Positions 9,357-18,001 are shown, numbered from the stretch's first letter. The stretch is 61,421 nt of DNA from Candidatus Parcubacteria bacterium (GCA_023443725.1 JAEZTF010000002.1:1-61421); one strand, 5' to 3'. Translations and numbers: made by a program. Notes: generated from the letters alone by a model not told the origin.

Positions 9357-10082
9357 TCTTTGTGCTGTACTATCACTTCTTTTTATAAAATCACAAAATT
9401 TATCAAAATCATCCAGTACTCTCGCTTCGGTTAAATTAAAATATCTTTCTCCTTCAAAATATTTTTTTGGAATAAAAAATTTACGGTCTTTTGCTATATT
9501 AACCGGTTGGTCTCTTAGATCAGAAAAATCATCATCTGTTTTTCTAATTGATACTCTTCTACTAAATTTTTCTAAAGGCTCATATGCTATTTTTCTGGAT
9601 TTGACATGGTCTTCAATATCAAACACGACTATGTCATTTCTAACTGCAAATAAACGATCTACTGTATCAGCATTATAAGGTTTTGACTTTAAGCTACGAG
9701 GTTCAACTAATAATCTGGTTTTCTTGGGAATATAAAAAATATCTCTAGTATCTCCCATTGTTTGCATTACTAAAACTTCAGCACACAATTTATAAAATAA
9801 GGGTCTTACTTCCGTTCTAAAATCAATTTCTTTTTTATCAACTGAATACATTAAACTAGGATCATCAGATCCATATAAAGCCAATCCTGTAGAAGTTGTC
9901 CCTATTGGTTTATCATCTTCATCCAATAAACGATCTACTTTTAATGAAGTATCATCGTTCTGTTGTTCAATAATTGTTTCTCTTTGTGTTGGAACGTCGG
10001 CAAGAGTCGGATTAAAATTTTCTAAATCACAATAAATATCAAATATATTAATTTGACCTACAGCTTCCTTTACTCTAGCCAT
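9348..10082 (-). CDS. hypothetical acidic soluble protein
   Basis: 244-aa ORF with coding-like composition and its own promoter. I recognised no motif. The plus-strand ORF 9226-9678 on the opposite strand looks like a shadow frame. Confidence 0.55.
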   Translation of the reverse strand: MARVKEAVGQINIFDIYCDLENFNPTLADVPTQRETIIEQQNDDTSLKVDRLLDEDDKPIGTTSTGLALYGSDDPSLMYSVDKKEIDFRTEVRPLFYKLCAEVLVMQTMGDTRDIFYIPKKTRLLVEPRSLKSKPYNADTVDRLFAVRNDIVVFDIEDHVKSRKIAYEPLEKFSRRVSIRKTDDDFSDLRDQPVNIAKDRKFFIPKKYFEGERYFNLTEARVLDDFDKFCDFIKRSDSTAQRSR

Positions 10083-10091
10083 ATATCCTAT

Positions 10092-10121
10092 ATTATACTA
10101 TATATAGTGTTTATTAGTCAA
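10092..10121 (-). promoter_or_regulatory. sigma70-type promoter for the 9348-10082 gene
   Basis: On the minus strand, TTGACT (10121-10116), an 18-nt spacer, then TATAAT (10097-10092), then 9 nt to the ATG at 10082. Confidence 0.5.
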
Positions 10122-10129
10122 TTCTTCCA

Positions 10130-11581
10130 CTAAAACTTCATCATTTTTCTTATATGTTCTTTAGCAAAAGTAGTTTTTACTGTGTCTAACCAATTTTTGT
10201 TTACGTTGTTTTTTTTACCTAACAACACTTCAATCAAATCTCCAGTCTTTAATTCATCATCTATTTTACCCATTTTTCCATTTATTTTTACGCCCCTACA
10301 TCTATCACCAACACTAGTATGAACTCTATAAGCAAAGTCTAGAGCGGTACTTCCTTTGGGCAACTGTAAAATATCTCCTTTCGGAGTAAATACATATATA
10401 TAATTAGTCAATACTTTCAGTTGATAATTATTAATCTCATTGTCTCCTTTTTGCCACTTAACTAAATCTTTAACCCATTCCATTCCACGACCGTTTTCTA
10501 TTACTCCTTTACCCATTTTATAAGCAATGTGAGATGCTGGTCCAAATTCATTAAATTCATGCATTGCTTTAGTTTTAATTTGAATTTCTACCGTCATTTT
10601 ATCTTTCCAAGCAATAGTTGTTTGAATTGATCGATATCCGTTTGGTTTTGGAGCTGAAATATAATCTTCAAATTCTTCAGGCAAAGTTCTATATTTTGCT
10701 TGTAATAATCCCAAAACAGTATAGCAATCAACTAAATTATCGGTTAATACTCTAATTGCTACTCTGTCTTTAACCTCATAATTTCCACCTTTATTTTTTA
10801 TTTTTGCAAAAGTACTATATAAACTTTTAATTCTTCCTTCCACTACTGCATCATTAATGTTATTAATTTTCAAAATTTGTTCCAACTCATTTTTTACTAG
10901 GTTTAATGCTTTAATTTCGTCTTTTGCTTTTTCCTTAAACATTTTTTTAATTTTTTCTGCCTCTTTTGGATATAGAATTTGAAAAGCAATGTCTTCCAAT
11001 AATTTTTTAAAATAATGCAAACCTACATATTCAGCCAATGGTCCATAAATCTGCATAACATTTTTAGCATAAATTATTTGTCTATCTTTTGGTAAGAACT
11101 CAATAGTTAAGCTATTATGCAACTTATCTACCAATCTAATAATCAACACTCTTACATCGTTTACTGATGAAAAAAAGAATTTTCTAAAAATCTCAATATT
11201 AGTTTTATTAATTTGTAGACCAGCAGTTTTAGTTTTTACTTCAGTTAAACCTGACACCAACAAAGCTACCTCATCTCCAAATTTATTGGCAATTTCTTCA
11301 ATATTAGTTGAAGTATCCTCTATACAATCATGAAGTAAAGCGGCAATCACTGCTTCTTGTCCAATATTAAGTTGAGCAACTACCTTAGCAATCCAAGCTG
11401 GATGAGAAATATATGGTTTGCCTGAATAACGAAACTGGTCTTTATGAGCCTCAACCATAAAATCATAAGCTTCCTTAATTATTTTTTGGTCAAAATTCTT
11501 ATTAACCAGATTATTCTCTAAATCTGACCAATAATTTTCACTAAAAGAAAGATCAAGGCCCATATTAAATCCTTTCCGCAA
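10130..11581 (-). CDS. rel: bifunctional (p)ppGpp synthetase/hydrolase, RelA/SpoT homolog, short form ending after the TGS domain
   Basis: HD hydrolase motif (LLHDCIEDT), a synthetase region (GYRSIQTT) and a TGS domain (VFTPKGDILQLPKGSTALDFAYRVHTSVG). An alternative start at 11563 (MGLDLSF) would remove the overlap with the sortase gene. Confidence 0.9.
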   Translation of the reverse strand: MRKGFNMGLDLSFSENYWSDLENNLVNKNFDQKIIKEAYDFMVEAHKDQFRYSGKPYISHPAWIAKVVAQLNIGQEAVIAALLHDCIEDTSTNIEEIANKFGDEVALLVSGLTEVKTKTAGLQINKTNIEIFRKFFFSSVNDVRVLIIRLVDKLHNSLTIEFLPKDRQIIYAKNVMQIYGPLAEYVGLHYFKKLLEDIAFQILYPKEAEKIKKMFKEKAKDEIKALNLVKNELEQILKINNINDAVVEGRIKSLYSTFAKIKNKGGNYEVKDRVAIRVLTDNLVDCYTVLGLLQAKYRTLPEEFEDYISAPKPNGYRSIQTTIAWKDKMTVEIQIKTKAMHEFNEFGPASHIAYKMGKGVIENGRGMEWVKDLVKWQKGDNEINNYQLKVLTNYIYVFTPKGDILQLPKGSTALDFAYRVHTSVGDRCRGVKINGKMGKIDDELKTGDLIEVLLGKKNNVNKNWLDTVKTTFAKEHIRKMMKF

Positions 11582-12248
11582 ATATCAATAATCTTTTCCA
11601 ATTTGTTCCAATTGGCCAACATGTTTGAAGTATTAATACTTCACGATTTTCATCTTTATAATTCAAATATTCCGCCTCTTTATAACTTATGATTTTTTTA
11701 TCATACACCTTATATTGATATAAATTGCCATTATATTGTAGATAAATAGAATTTCCGTTAACCAATTCTCCCAACAAATAAAAAACTGAATTTTTTCTAA
11801 CCATATTTAAACTTTGTTGAGTTGAATGAGCAAATAAATATGTAGTGTTGTTTTTTCCTTTCCCTGGTAATGATGATGTAGAAGATTGAGCTACTTCATC
11901 ATTAGCCAATATCGCTAAATACTCCTTTTCATTATAAGGTGATACATTAGCTGTAATTTTTGATCTAGCCGCAATTTTTGGAATAGAGATAGAAAAAGTG
12001 CTATCTATTGGTTTTTCTTCTATTTCATTAGTTTTTACTAATGACTTATTAAAAAACTTATATACCACTAGGGATCTAATTAGCGGAGTATATAAATAAC
12101 TTAAATAAATGAACCCAAAAAGGATTATTAAACTTCCCATATAAAAGATTATTTTCTTTTTTGTTGGTGGATTACTATAAAGTATCCCATATTTTTTGCC
12201 GATCTTGACGGTTCTTTTCTTAGGTGTTATTTTAAAAAGATTGAACAT
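11565..12248 (-). CDS. sortase family transpeptidase
   Basis: N-terminal TM anchor, a His in LFAHS, the catalytic Cys in VLILQTCWP, and a downstream Arg (WKRLL). Confidence 0.85.
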   Translation of the reverse strand: MFNLFKITPKKRTVKIGKKYGILYSNPPTKKKIIFYMGSLIILFGFIYLSYLYTPLIRSLVVYKFFNKSLVKTNEIEEKPIDSTFSISIPKIAARSKITANVSPYNEKEYLAILANDEVAQSSTSSLPGKGKNNTTYLFAHSTQQSLNMVRKNSVFYLLGELVNGNSIYLQYNGNLYQYKVYDKKIISYKEAEYLNYKDENREVLILQTCWPIGTNWKRLLIFAERI

Positions 12249-12252
12249 TTTC

Positions 12253-12280
12253 TATTTAGATTTTAAGCTATTAGAGTCAA
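12253..12280 (-). promoter_or_regulatory. candidate promoter of the sortase-rel operon
   Basis: On the minus strand, TTGACT (12280-12275), a 16-nt spacer, then TAAATA (12258-12253), then 4 nt to the ATG at 12248. Confidence 0.4.
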
Positions 12281-12281
12281 T

Positions 12282-12310
12282 TTGACAAAAGCTTATTTTT
12301 AATCTAATAT
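12282..12310 (+). promoter_or_regulatory. near-consensus sigma70 promoter upstream of greA
   Basis: TTGACA (12282-12287), a 17-nt spacer, then TAATAT (12305-12310). The start codon is 66 nt downstream. Confidence 0.55.
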
Positions 12311-12376
12311 ACAGGCTCACTCTGGATTTCCCAACCAGTTTATATCTTGGGATTTTAATCAATTTAGATAAATAAA

Positions 12377-12838
12377 ATGAATCAAAAAATTATTTTGACT
12401 CAGGAAGGTTTTCAGAAGTTAACCTCTCAATTAGAGGATTTAAAACAAAAACAAGCTCGACTTATTGATCAAATTGAAGATGTCGCTCAACCAGATGAAT
12501 CTGGTGAAGATGGTCTTGCTACTCAATTAAAAGAAGAATTAGAAGTCACCAATAATCAAATTGATGAAATCAGTGAAGCTTTGGAAACTAGTGAAGTAAT
12601 CAATACTAAATCAGATAATCACACTGTTCAAGTTGGCTGCAAGGTAAAAGTAAAAATCAATAATAAAGAAACTCGAGAATTTTTTATTGTTAGTCACCTA
12701 GAATCCGATCCAAATGTCAGTAAAATATCAGATCAATCTCCAATCGGTAAATCCTTAATTGGTAAAAAAGTGAACGATCAATTTGATATTGACACTCCGG
12801 CAGGCAAAATGACCTACAAAGTCGTCAATATCGACTAA
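12377..12838 (+). CDS. greA: transcription elongation factor GreA family
   Basis: An N-terminal coiled coil and a C-terminal domain, SPIGKSLIGKKVNDQFDIDTPAGKMTYKVVNI, matching the GreA pattern SPIARGLIGK...V..P.G...+.+..I. Confidence 0.85.
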   Translation: MNQKIILTQEGFQKLTSQLEDLKQKQARLIDQIEDVAQPDESGEDGLATQLKEELEVTNNQIDEISEALETSEVINTKSDNHTVQVGCKVKVKINNKETREFFIVSHLESDPNVSKISDQSPIGKSLIGKKVNDQFDIDTPAGKMTYKVVNID

Positions 12839-12858
12839 ATGTATAGTAAAATACATTC

Positions 12859-14319
12859 ATGTCGGATATAAAACTAAACGAACTCCAAAAACAGAGATTA
12901 GATAAACTGGCCAAAATTAAAGAGTTAAAGTTAAACTCGTATCCACAACCAAATTTAGCTGATAAAAATCCTATTGCTCAAGCTCGGGAATTGCTCGATC
13001 AAAAAGTTTTAGTTGCTGGTCGTTTAATGTCACTTCGTGGTCACGGCAAAATTTTATTTGCCGATTTACAAGATCAAACCGGAAAAATCCAACTTTTCTT
13101 TCAAGAAAAAGTTTTACAAGACAAAATGTCTTTAACTAAGTTATTAGATTTAGGAGATATTGTCTCTATTTCTGGAGAAGTTTTTAAAACTGTTGCTGGA
13201 GAAACAACTATCAATGTTTTTGAATTTGAAATCTTAGCTAAAAATTTACGACCACTTCCAGAAAAATGGCATGGACTTCAAGATATTGAAGAACGCTATC
13301 GTCAACGATATGTCGACTTGATTGTCAATCCCGAAAGTCGAGAAGTTTTTAAAATTCGAACTAAAGTTTTATCTCAAATGCGTCAGTTTTTAGATGATCA
13401 CGGGTTCATGGAAGTTGAAACTCCAATTCTTCAACCAGTTTATGGAGGAGCCTCGGCAAAACCATTTATTACTCATCATAATGTCTTAGATATGGATATG
13501 TATCTTCGTATTTCTGATGAGCTTTATCTCAAAAGATTAATTGTCGGTGGTTTTGAAAAAGTTTACGAAGTTTCTCGTGATTTCAGAAATGAAGGTGTTT
13601 CTCGTTTTCACAATCCCGAGTTTACTCAAATCGAATTTTATTGGGCCTATGTCGATTATGAAGTTTTAATGAACTTTACCCAAGAATTAGTTCGTCATGT
13701 TATTAAATCAGTTAAAGGTGATTTGAAATTAAAATTTCAAGATGTCGATCTTGATTTTTCAAAAGATATTCAACGAGTTACTTTTACCGAAATTATCGAA
13801 AAACATACTGGTATAAATATTGATCAAATTACTACCGAAGAAGATTTTAAAAAAGTCATTAAAGAAAAAAATCTCAAAGTTGATTTATCTGGTGTAGTTG
13901 GCCTTGGTGCTTGTTTTGATGCTTTATACAAAGAACATGTTCGTCCAAAAATTATCGAGCCTACCTTTGTTTGTGATTATCCTTCAGAGATGATTGCTTT
14001 AGCAAAAAGAAAGGCCGACAATCCCAAAAAGATTTCTTCTTTCCAACTTTTAGTTTGCGGTACTGAACTTCTCAAAGCTTACAATGAATTAAATGATCCC
14101 AAAGATCAATCAGATCGCTGGTTAGAAGAAGTTGCTCTTGCCAAAAAAGGTAACGATACTGCTATGCAATTTGATAAAGATTATATTCGGGCTCTTGAAT
14201 ATGGTATGCCACCCACAGCCGGATGGGGTATGGGTATTGATCGATTTGTTCAATTTTTAACCGATTCTCCCACTATTAAAGACGTCATTCTTTTCCCCGC
14301 CATGCGAAAAGAAGACTAA
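12859..14319 (+). CDS. lysS: lysine--tRNA ligase (class II)
   Basis: OB-fold N-terminus and class II motifs (RYRQRYVDL, FMEVETPIL, EFTQIEFY, GWGMGIDR). Confidence 0.95.
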   Translation: MSDIKLNELQKQRLDKLAKIKELKLNSYPQPNLADKNPIAQARELLDQKVLVAGRLMSLRGHGKILFADLQDQTGKIQLFFQEKVLQDKMSLTKLLDLGDIVSISGEVFKTVAGETTINVFEFEILAKNLRPLPEKWHGLQDIEERYRQRYVDLIVNPESREVFKIRTKVLSQMRQFLDDHGFMEVETPILQPVYGGASAKPFITHHNVLDMDMYLRISDELYLKRLIVGGFEKVYEVSRDFRNEGVSRFHNPEFTQIEFYWAYVDYEVLMNFTQELVRHVIKSVKGDLKLKFQDVDLDFSKDIQRVTFTEIIEKHTGINIDQITTEEDFKKVIKEKNLKVDLSGVVGLGACFDALYKEHVRPKIIEPTFVCDYPSEMIALAKRKADNPKKISSFQLLVCGTELLKAYNELNDPKDQSDRWLEEVALAKKGNDTAMQFDKDYIRALEYGMPPTAGWGMGIDRFVQFLTDSPTIKDVILFPAMRKED

Positions 14320-14328
14320 AATTAAAAA

Positions 14329-14988
14329 ATGAAATTGCTTCTTACTTCAGCTGGTCTTACCAATCAAACTATCGTTAAAGCTCTTGATGAATTAGTTGGT
14401 CGTCCTTTAGATCAACTCAAAGTTGCGTTTATTCCTACCGCTTCAAATTTAGAAGAAGGTGACAAAGGTTGGTTAATCGATGATCTTCGTCGTTTAAGTT
14501 TTTTAAAATTTAAAGAAATTGATATTGTCGATGTTTCCGCTTTACCAAAAGAAATTTGGTTAGCTAGATTAAAAAATGCTGATGTCTTTTTTGTTGAAGG
14601 TGGCAATACGTATCATTTGATGCATTGGTTTAATAAATCTGGTCTTTCAAAAGTTTTACCCAATTTATTAAAAACTCGAGTCTATATCGGAGTAAGTGCC
14701 GGATCAATGATCGTAAATCCAACCATCATACATTCTTATAAAGAGAAACAAATTTTTAACAAAATAAATAAAAACAAATCAGACAAAGGTTTATCTTATA
14801 TAGATTTTATGGTTGAACCACATCTAAACAATTCTGGTCTTCCAGAAATAACTATCAATAATCTAGAAAAAAAACTCAAAGATTACCCTTATACGGTATA
14901 TGCCATTGATGACAACACTGCCATAAAAATTGATGGCAACCAATTAGAAGTTGTATCTCAAGGTGTTTGGAAAAAATTTGAAAAATAA
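14329..14988 (+). CDS. peptidase S51 (dipeptidase E-like)
   Basis: Type-1 glutamine-amidotransferase-like fold with FVEGGNTYHL and the nucleophile context IGVSAGSMI. Confidence 0.7.
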   Translation: MKLLLTSAGLTNQTIVKALDELVGRPLDQLKVAFIPTASNLEEGDKGWLIDDLRRLSFLKFKEIDIVDVSALPKEIWLARLKNADVFFVEGGNTYHLMHWFNKSGLSKVLPNLLKTRVYIGVSAGSMIVNPTIIHSYKEKQIFNKINKNKSDKGLSYIDFMVEPHLNNSGLPEITINNLEKKLKDYPYTVYAIDDNTAIKIDGNQLEVVSQGVWKKFEK

Positions 14989-15658
14989 TACCAATCTTTT
15001 TCATTTTCTTGCCGAAAAATATCGTGAACAAGACAAATTAATTTTGGCTAAAATTTTAAATTACTTAGCTATTTTAAATTATCAGGTAAACAAAAATTAT
15101 CTAGGCTTGAGTGATGCTTACCAAAGTTTAGTCTTAATTTATAAACATCAATTTTTATTATCCAAAAATAATAAATTTATAAAACTAGCCCAAAAATATA
15201 CCAAAAAAAGTTTAAATTTAAGTCTGGCAAAAAAACTTACTAATATCCACACTGGTTATTTTCGACTTGGTGAAGTTTTTATGCTTTCAAACAATTTTTC
15301 AAAAGCAATTTTAAATTATCAAAAAGCTTTGGCAACTTATCCCAAAAACGACAGTGAAAAAGGCGATTATCAATATCATCTAGGCGAAGCTCAATACAGA
15401 AATGGGGATAAAAAAGATGGTCTAAAAAATCTTTTAGAAGGGTTAAAAATAATTCAGAAATATAGATCCGTTACAGATTCTTTTTTAATTCATGTTTGGG
15501 AATCAGGCTGTTTAATGCGTCTTGCCGAACTATTAGTTACAGATAATCCAATAAAGGCAAAAGAGTATTTGAAGTTAGCTCAAAAAATTATACAATCAGA
15601 CAATAAATTAATTATTCGTCGTCGTCAATTTGACAAATTGGCACGAAATTTTAAATAA
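14951..15658 (+). CDS. TPR-like repeat protein (hypothetical)
   Basis: Helical repeats of the A..Y..AL.. type (AILNYQKALATYP, GEAQYRNGDKKDG). The start is uncertain; in-frame TTG/GTG candidates lie at 14951, 14963 and 14978. Confidence 0.45.
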   Translation: MYLKVFGKNLKNNTNLFHFLAEKYREQDKLILAKILNYLAILNYQVNKNYLGLSDAYQSLVLIYKHQFLLSKNNKFIKLAQKYTKKSLNLSLAKKLTNIHTGYFRLGEVFMLSNNFSKAILNYQKALATYPKNDSEKGDYQYHLGEAQYRNGDKKDGLKNLLEGLKIIQKYRSVTDSFLIHVWESGCLMRLAELLVTDNPIKAKEYLKLAQKIIQSDNKLIIRRRQFDKLARNFK

Positions 15659-15660
15659 AC

Positions 15661-16251
15661 ATGGATAGAGATAAATACCTAACTGCTGTTAAAAATTCTT
15701 TAGAACAAAATATTTTTTATCATTCTTTGGCTTTAGAAGCTTGTATGGGTGGAATTTATAATTATCTTAAAAGTAATAATTTACTAAAACCAAATGAACT
15801 TCCAAAAGAAGACTGGATGTTGGCAGGTTTAATCCATGATATTGATTATGTTGGCGAGTTTAAGGAATTTCATCCCAACAAAACCAAAGAAGCTCTAGCA
15901 AAATTTGGTTTACAAATTTCTGATGAAGTTGATCAAATCGTCAAAGCTCACGCCCCCTCATTAACTGGAGTTAAAACAGAATCTCAATCTCAATGGTCTA
16001 TTTTTTGTGCGGATAGTTTAACGGGATTAATTGTGGCTGTTGCTTTTGTTTATCCCTCTCGTAAACTTTCCGATGTCAAAACTTCTTCTGTCTTAAAAAG
16101 ATTTCTAAAAGAACCTCGTTTTGCTGCTGGTACTCGCCGTGATGAAGTAAAAATGTGTGAGCTACAAGAAGGCTTAAATATTCCACTCGAAAAATTCATT
16201 GAAATTTGCTTAACTTCTATGCAACAAATTGCCCCAGAAATTGGGTTATAA
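15661..16251 (+). CDS. HD-domain phosphohydrolase
   Basis: H..(n)..HDIDY metal-binding motif (GLIHDIDYVG) and a later KAHAP. Confidence 0.65.
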   Translation: MDRDKYLTAVKNSLEQNIFYHSLALEACMGGIYNYLKSNNLLKPNELPKEDWMLAGLIHDIDYVGEFKEFHPNKTKEALAKFGLQISDEVDQIVKAHAPSLTGVKTESQSQWSIFCADSLTGLIVAVAFVYPSRKLSDVKTSSVLKRFLKEPRFAAGTRRDEVKMCELQEGLNIPLEKFIEICLTSMQQIAPEIGL

Positions 16252-16257
16252 TTAATT

Positions 16258-16608
16258 ATGAGCCAATCATTAGAACTTGCTAGAAAATTATTAAATACTG
16301 AAGTTGACGTTACTGTCGATAGACAGTTAGGTACTTTTCATCCAAAATGGAATTTTAGATACGATGTAAATTATGGATATATTCAAGGAATCATAGCTCC
16401 AGATGGAGAAGAACTTGACGCCTATCTTTTAAAAGTTGATGTTCCTGTTGAAAGATTTTCCGGTCAAGTAGTTGCCATCATCCACAGACTAAAAGATGAT
16501 GATGATAAATTGATTGTTGTTCCAATTAATGAAAGTATTACTGATCATGAAATAGAAGAATCTGTAAAGTTTCAAGAAAAATTTTTCGAACACAAAATAA
16601 TTCGTTGA
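16258..16608 (+). CDS. inorganic-pyrophosphatase-like protein, N-terminally short
   Basis: YDVNYGYIQGIIAPDGEELDAYLL....VVAIIHRLKDDDDKLIVVP aligns with family I PPase YPCNYGYI..TLSLDGDPVDVLV...VGVLKMTDEAGEDAKLVAVP. It is only 116 aa. Confidence 0.6.
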   Translation: MSQSLELARKLLNTEVDVTVDRQLGTFHPKWNFRYDVNYGYIQGIIAPDGEELDAYLLKVDVPVERFSGQVVAIIHRLKDDDDKLIVVPINESITDHEIEESVKFQEKFFEHKIIR

Positions 16609-16718
16609 TCTTACGTTTTTTTATTAAGCGGAGATATCACAAAGTGGTAGAGGGGTTTTCTTTTGCGTTTAATTTGCGTGTAATTTTAGTATTTGTTTTT
16701 GTTAAAATATCATCAACA

Positions 16719-17987
16719 ATGATTGATATTAATTTATTAAGAAACGATCCTAATCTTGTAAAAACTGCGCTTTCAAACCGTCAAAAAGATTCTAGTGTTG
16801 TTGAAAAAATTTTAGATATAGACAAAAATTTTCGTGAAATTTTATCTCAAGTTGAAAAACTTCGAGCTGATCAAAATAGTATTACTCGTCAATTCAAAGG
16901 CAAACCAACAGAAGATCAATTAAAAGAGGCTACAAGTATTAAAGAAAAATTAAAAACTCTAGAGGCCGAATTAAAAGAAACCGAAACGAAACAAAATTTA
17001 TTACTAGAAGAGATTCCTAATATTCCCGCTGCAGATGTTCCAGTTGGTAAGGATGATAGTGAAAATGTTGTTTATAAAACAGTAGGGGAACCCACTAAAT
17101 TTGATTTTAAACCACTAGACCATGCTGATTTGGGTGAAAAACTTGATATTTTAGATATCAAAAAAGCCGCTGAAGTTTCTGGTAGTCGTTTTGGTTATTT
17201 CAAAGGTCAGGGTGCTGTCCTTGAAATGGCGGTTATGTTTTATGCTTTTCAAAAACTAATTAAAAAAGGTTTTATTGGTATGATTCCACCAGCCATGGTT
17301 AAAGCCGAAAGCGAATGGAAATGTGGTTATGCTTCCAACAAAAATTTATTTAATGCTTATTATTCAGCTCCAGAAGATGATTTAATTTTTATTTCTAGTT
17401 CTGAACATGCTGTTGTTCCATATCATATGGACGAAATTCTAGACTCTACAAAATTACCCTTAAAATACATCAATTTTTCTCCTTGTTTTCGTCGAGAAGC
17501 TGGCACATACGGCAAAGACATGAAAGGTATGCTTCGAGTTCACTTTTTCAATAAAGTAGAAATGAATGTTTTCACTCTTCCTGACTACAAAATTTCTGAT
17601 GATATGTGTTTGGAAATGTTAAGTTACGAAGAAGAACTAATGCAAGAACTTGGTATTCCTTATCAAATAGTCAAAAGTTGTACCGGTGATCTTCCTCAAC
17701 CAAATCGTCGTATGTACGACATCAATTCTTGGTTCCCAGGGCAAAACGCCTATCGTGAAACTCAATCGTGTAGTAATTGTGGTGATTATCAAGCGAGAAG
17801 ATTAAATACCAAAGTAAAAATTAATGGTAAAAATGAATTTGTTCATATTCTCAATGCCACATTAACTGCCGATCGTACTGTTTTGGCTATTATCGAAAAT
17901 CATCAACAAGCCGATGGTAGCATTCTTATTCCCAAAGTCCTTCAACCATATACCAATTTTGATATTATCAAACCCAATATAAGCTAG
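16719..17987 (+). CDS. serS: serine--tRNA ligase
   Basis: An MIDINLLRNDP start typical of SerS, a coiled-coil arm and class II motifs (FRREAG, GDLPQPNRRMYDINSWFPG, TLTADRTVLAIIEN). The track start at 16605 is an upstream extension through non-coding-looking sequence. Confidence 0.95.
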   Translation: MIDINLLRNDPNLVKTALSNRQKDSSVVEKILDIDKNFREILSQVEKLRADQNSITRQFKGKPTEDQLKEATSIKEKLKTLEAELKETETKQNLLLEEIPNIPAADVPVGKDDSENVVYKTVGEPTKFDFKPLDHADLGEKLDILDIKKAAEVSGSRFGYFKGQGAVLEMAVMFYAFQKLIKKGFIGMIPPAMVKAESEWKCGYASNKNLFNAYYSAPEDDLIFISSSEHAVVPYHMDEILDSTKLPLKYINFSPCFRREAGTYGKDMKGMLRVHFFNKVEMNVFTLPDYKISDDMCLEMLSYEEELMQELGIPYQIVKSCTGDLPQPNRRMYDINSWFPGQNAYRETQSCSNCGDYQARRLNTKVKINGKNEFVHILNATLTADRTVLAIIENHQQADGSILIPKVLQPYTNFDIIKPNIS

Positions 17988-18001
17988 AGGAGCCACCCTG
18001 T

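Noticed and set aside
9226-9678. 150-aa plus-strand ORF and the other short ORFs nested in or antisense to large genes (1166-1405, 4148-4393, 5213-5590, 6480-6665, 7414-7665, 8458-8664, 14412-14606, 19666-19875, 20641-20847, 23851-24042, 24816-25013, 28385-28621, 30016-30204, 32741-32941, 33297-33503, 35905-36087, 38116-38325, 41697-42080, 42963-43232, 44851-45042, 45850-46032, 48690-49022, 51072-51296, 51949-52209, 54469-54729, 60944-61129)
   Set aside because: All lie inside confidently assigned genes, in another frame or on the other strand. Their composition is low-complexity Leu/Ser/Ile/Lys-rich, as expected of shadow ORFs in AT-rich DNA, and none has a recognisable motif.
16609-16718. 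110-nt gap upstream of serS as a T-box, riboswitch or tRNA-like element
   Set aside because: It is too short for a T-box. It has no specifier or T-box motif and no cloverleaf. It more plausibly just holds a promoter, for example TTGCGT (16663-68), 18 nt, then TAGTAT (16687-92).
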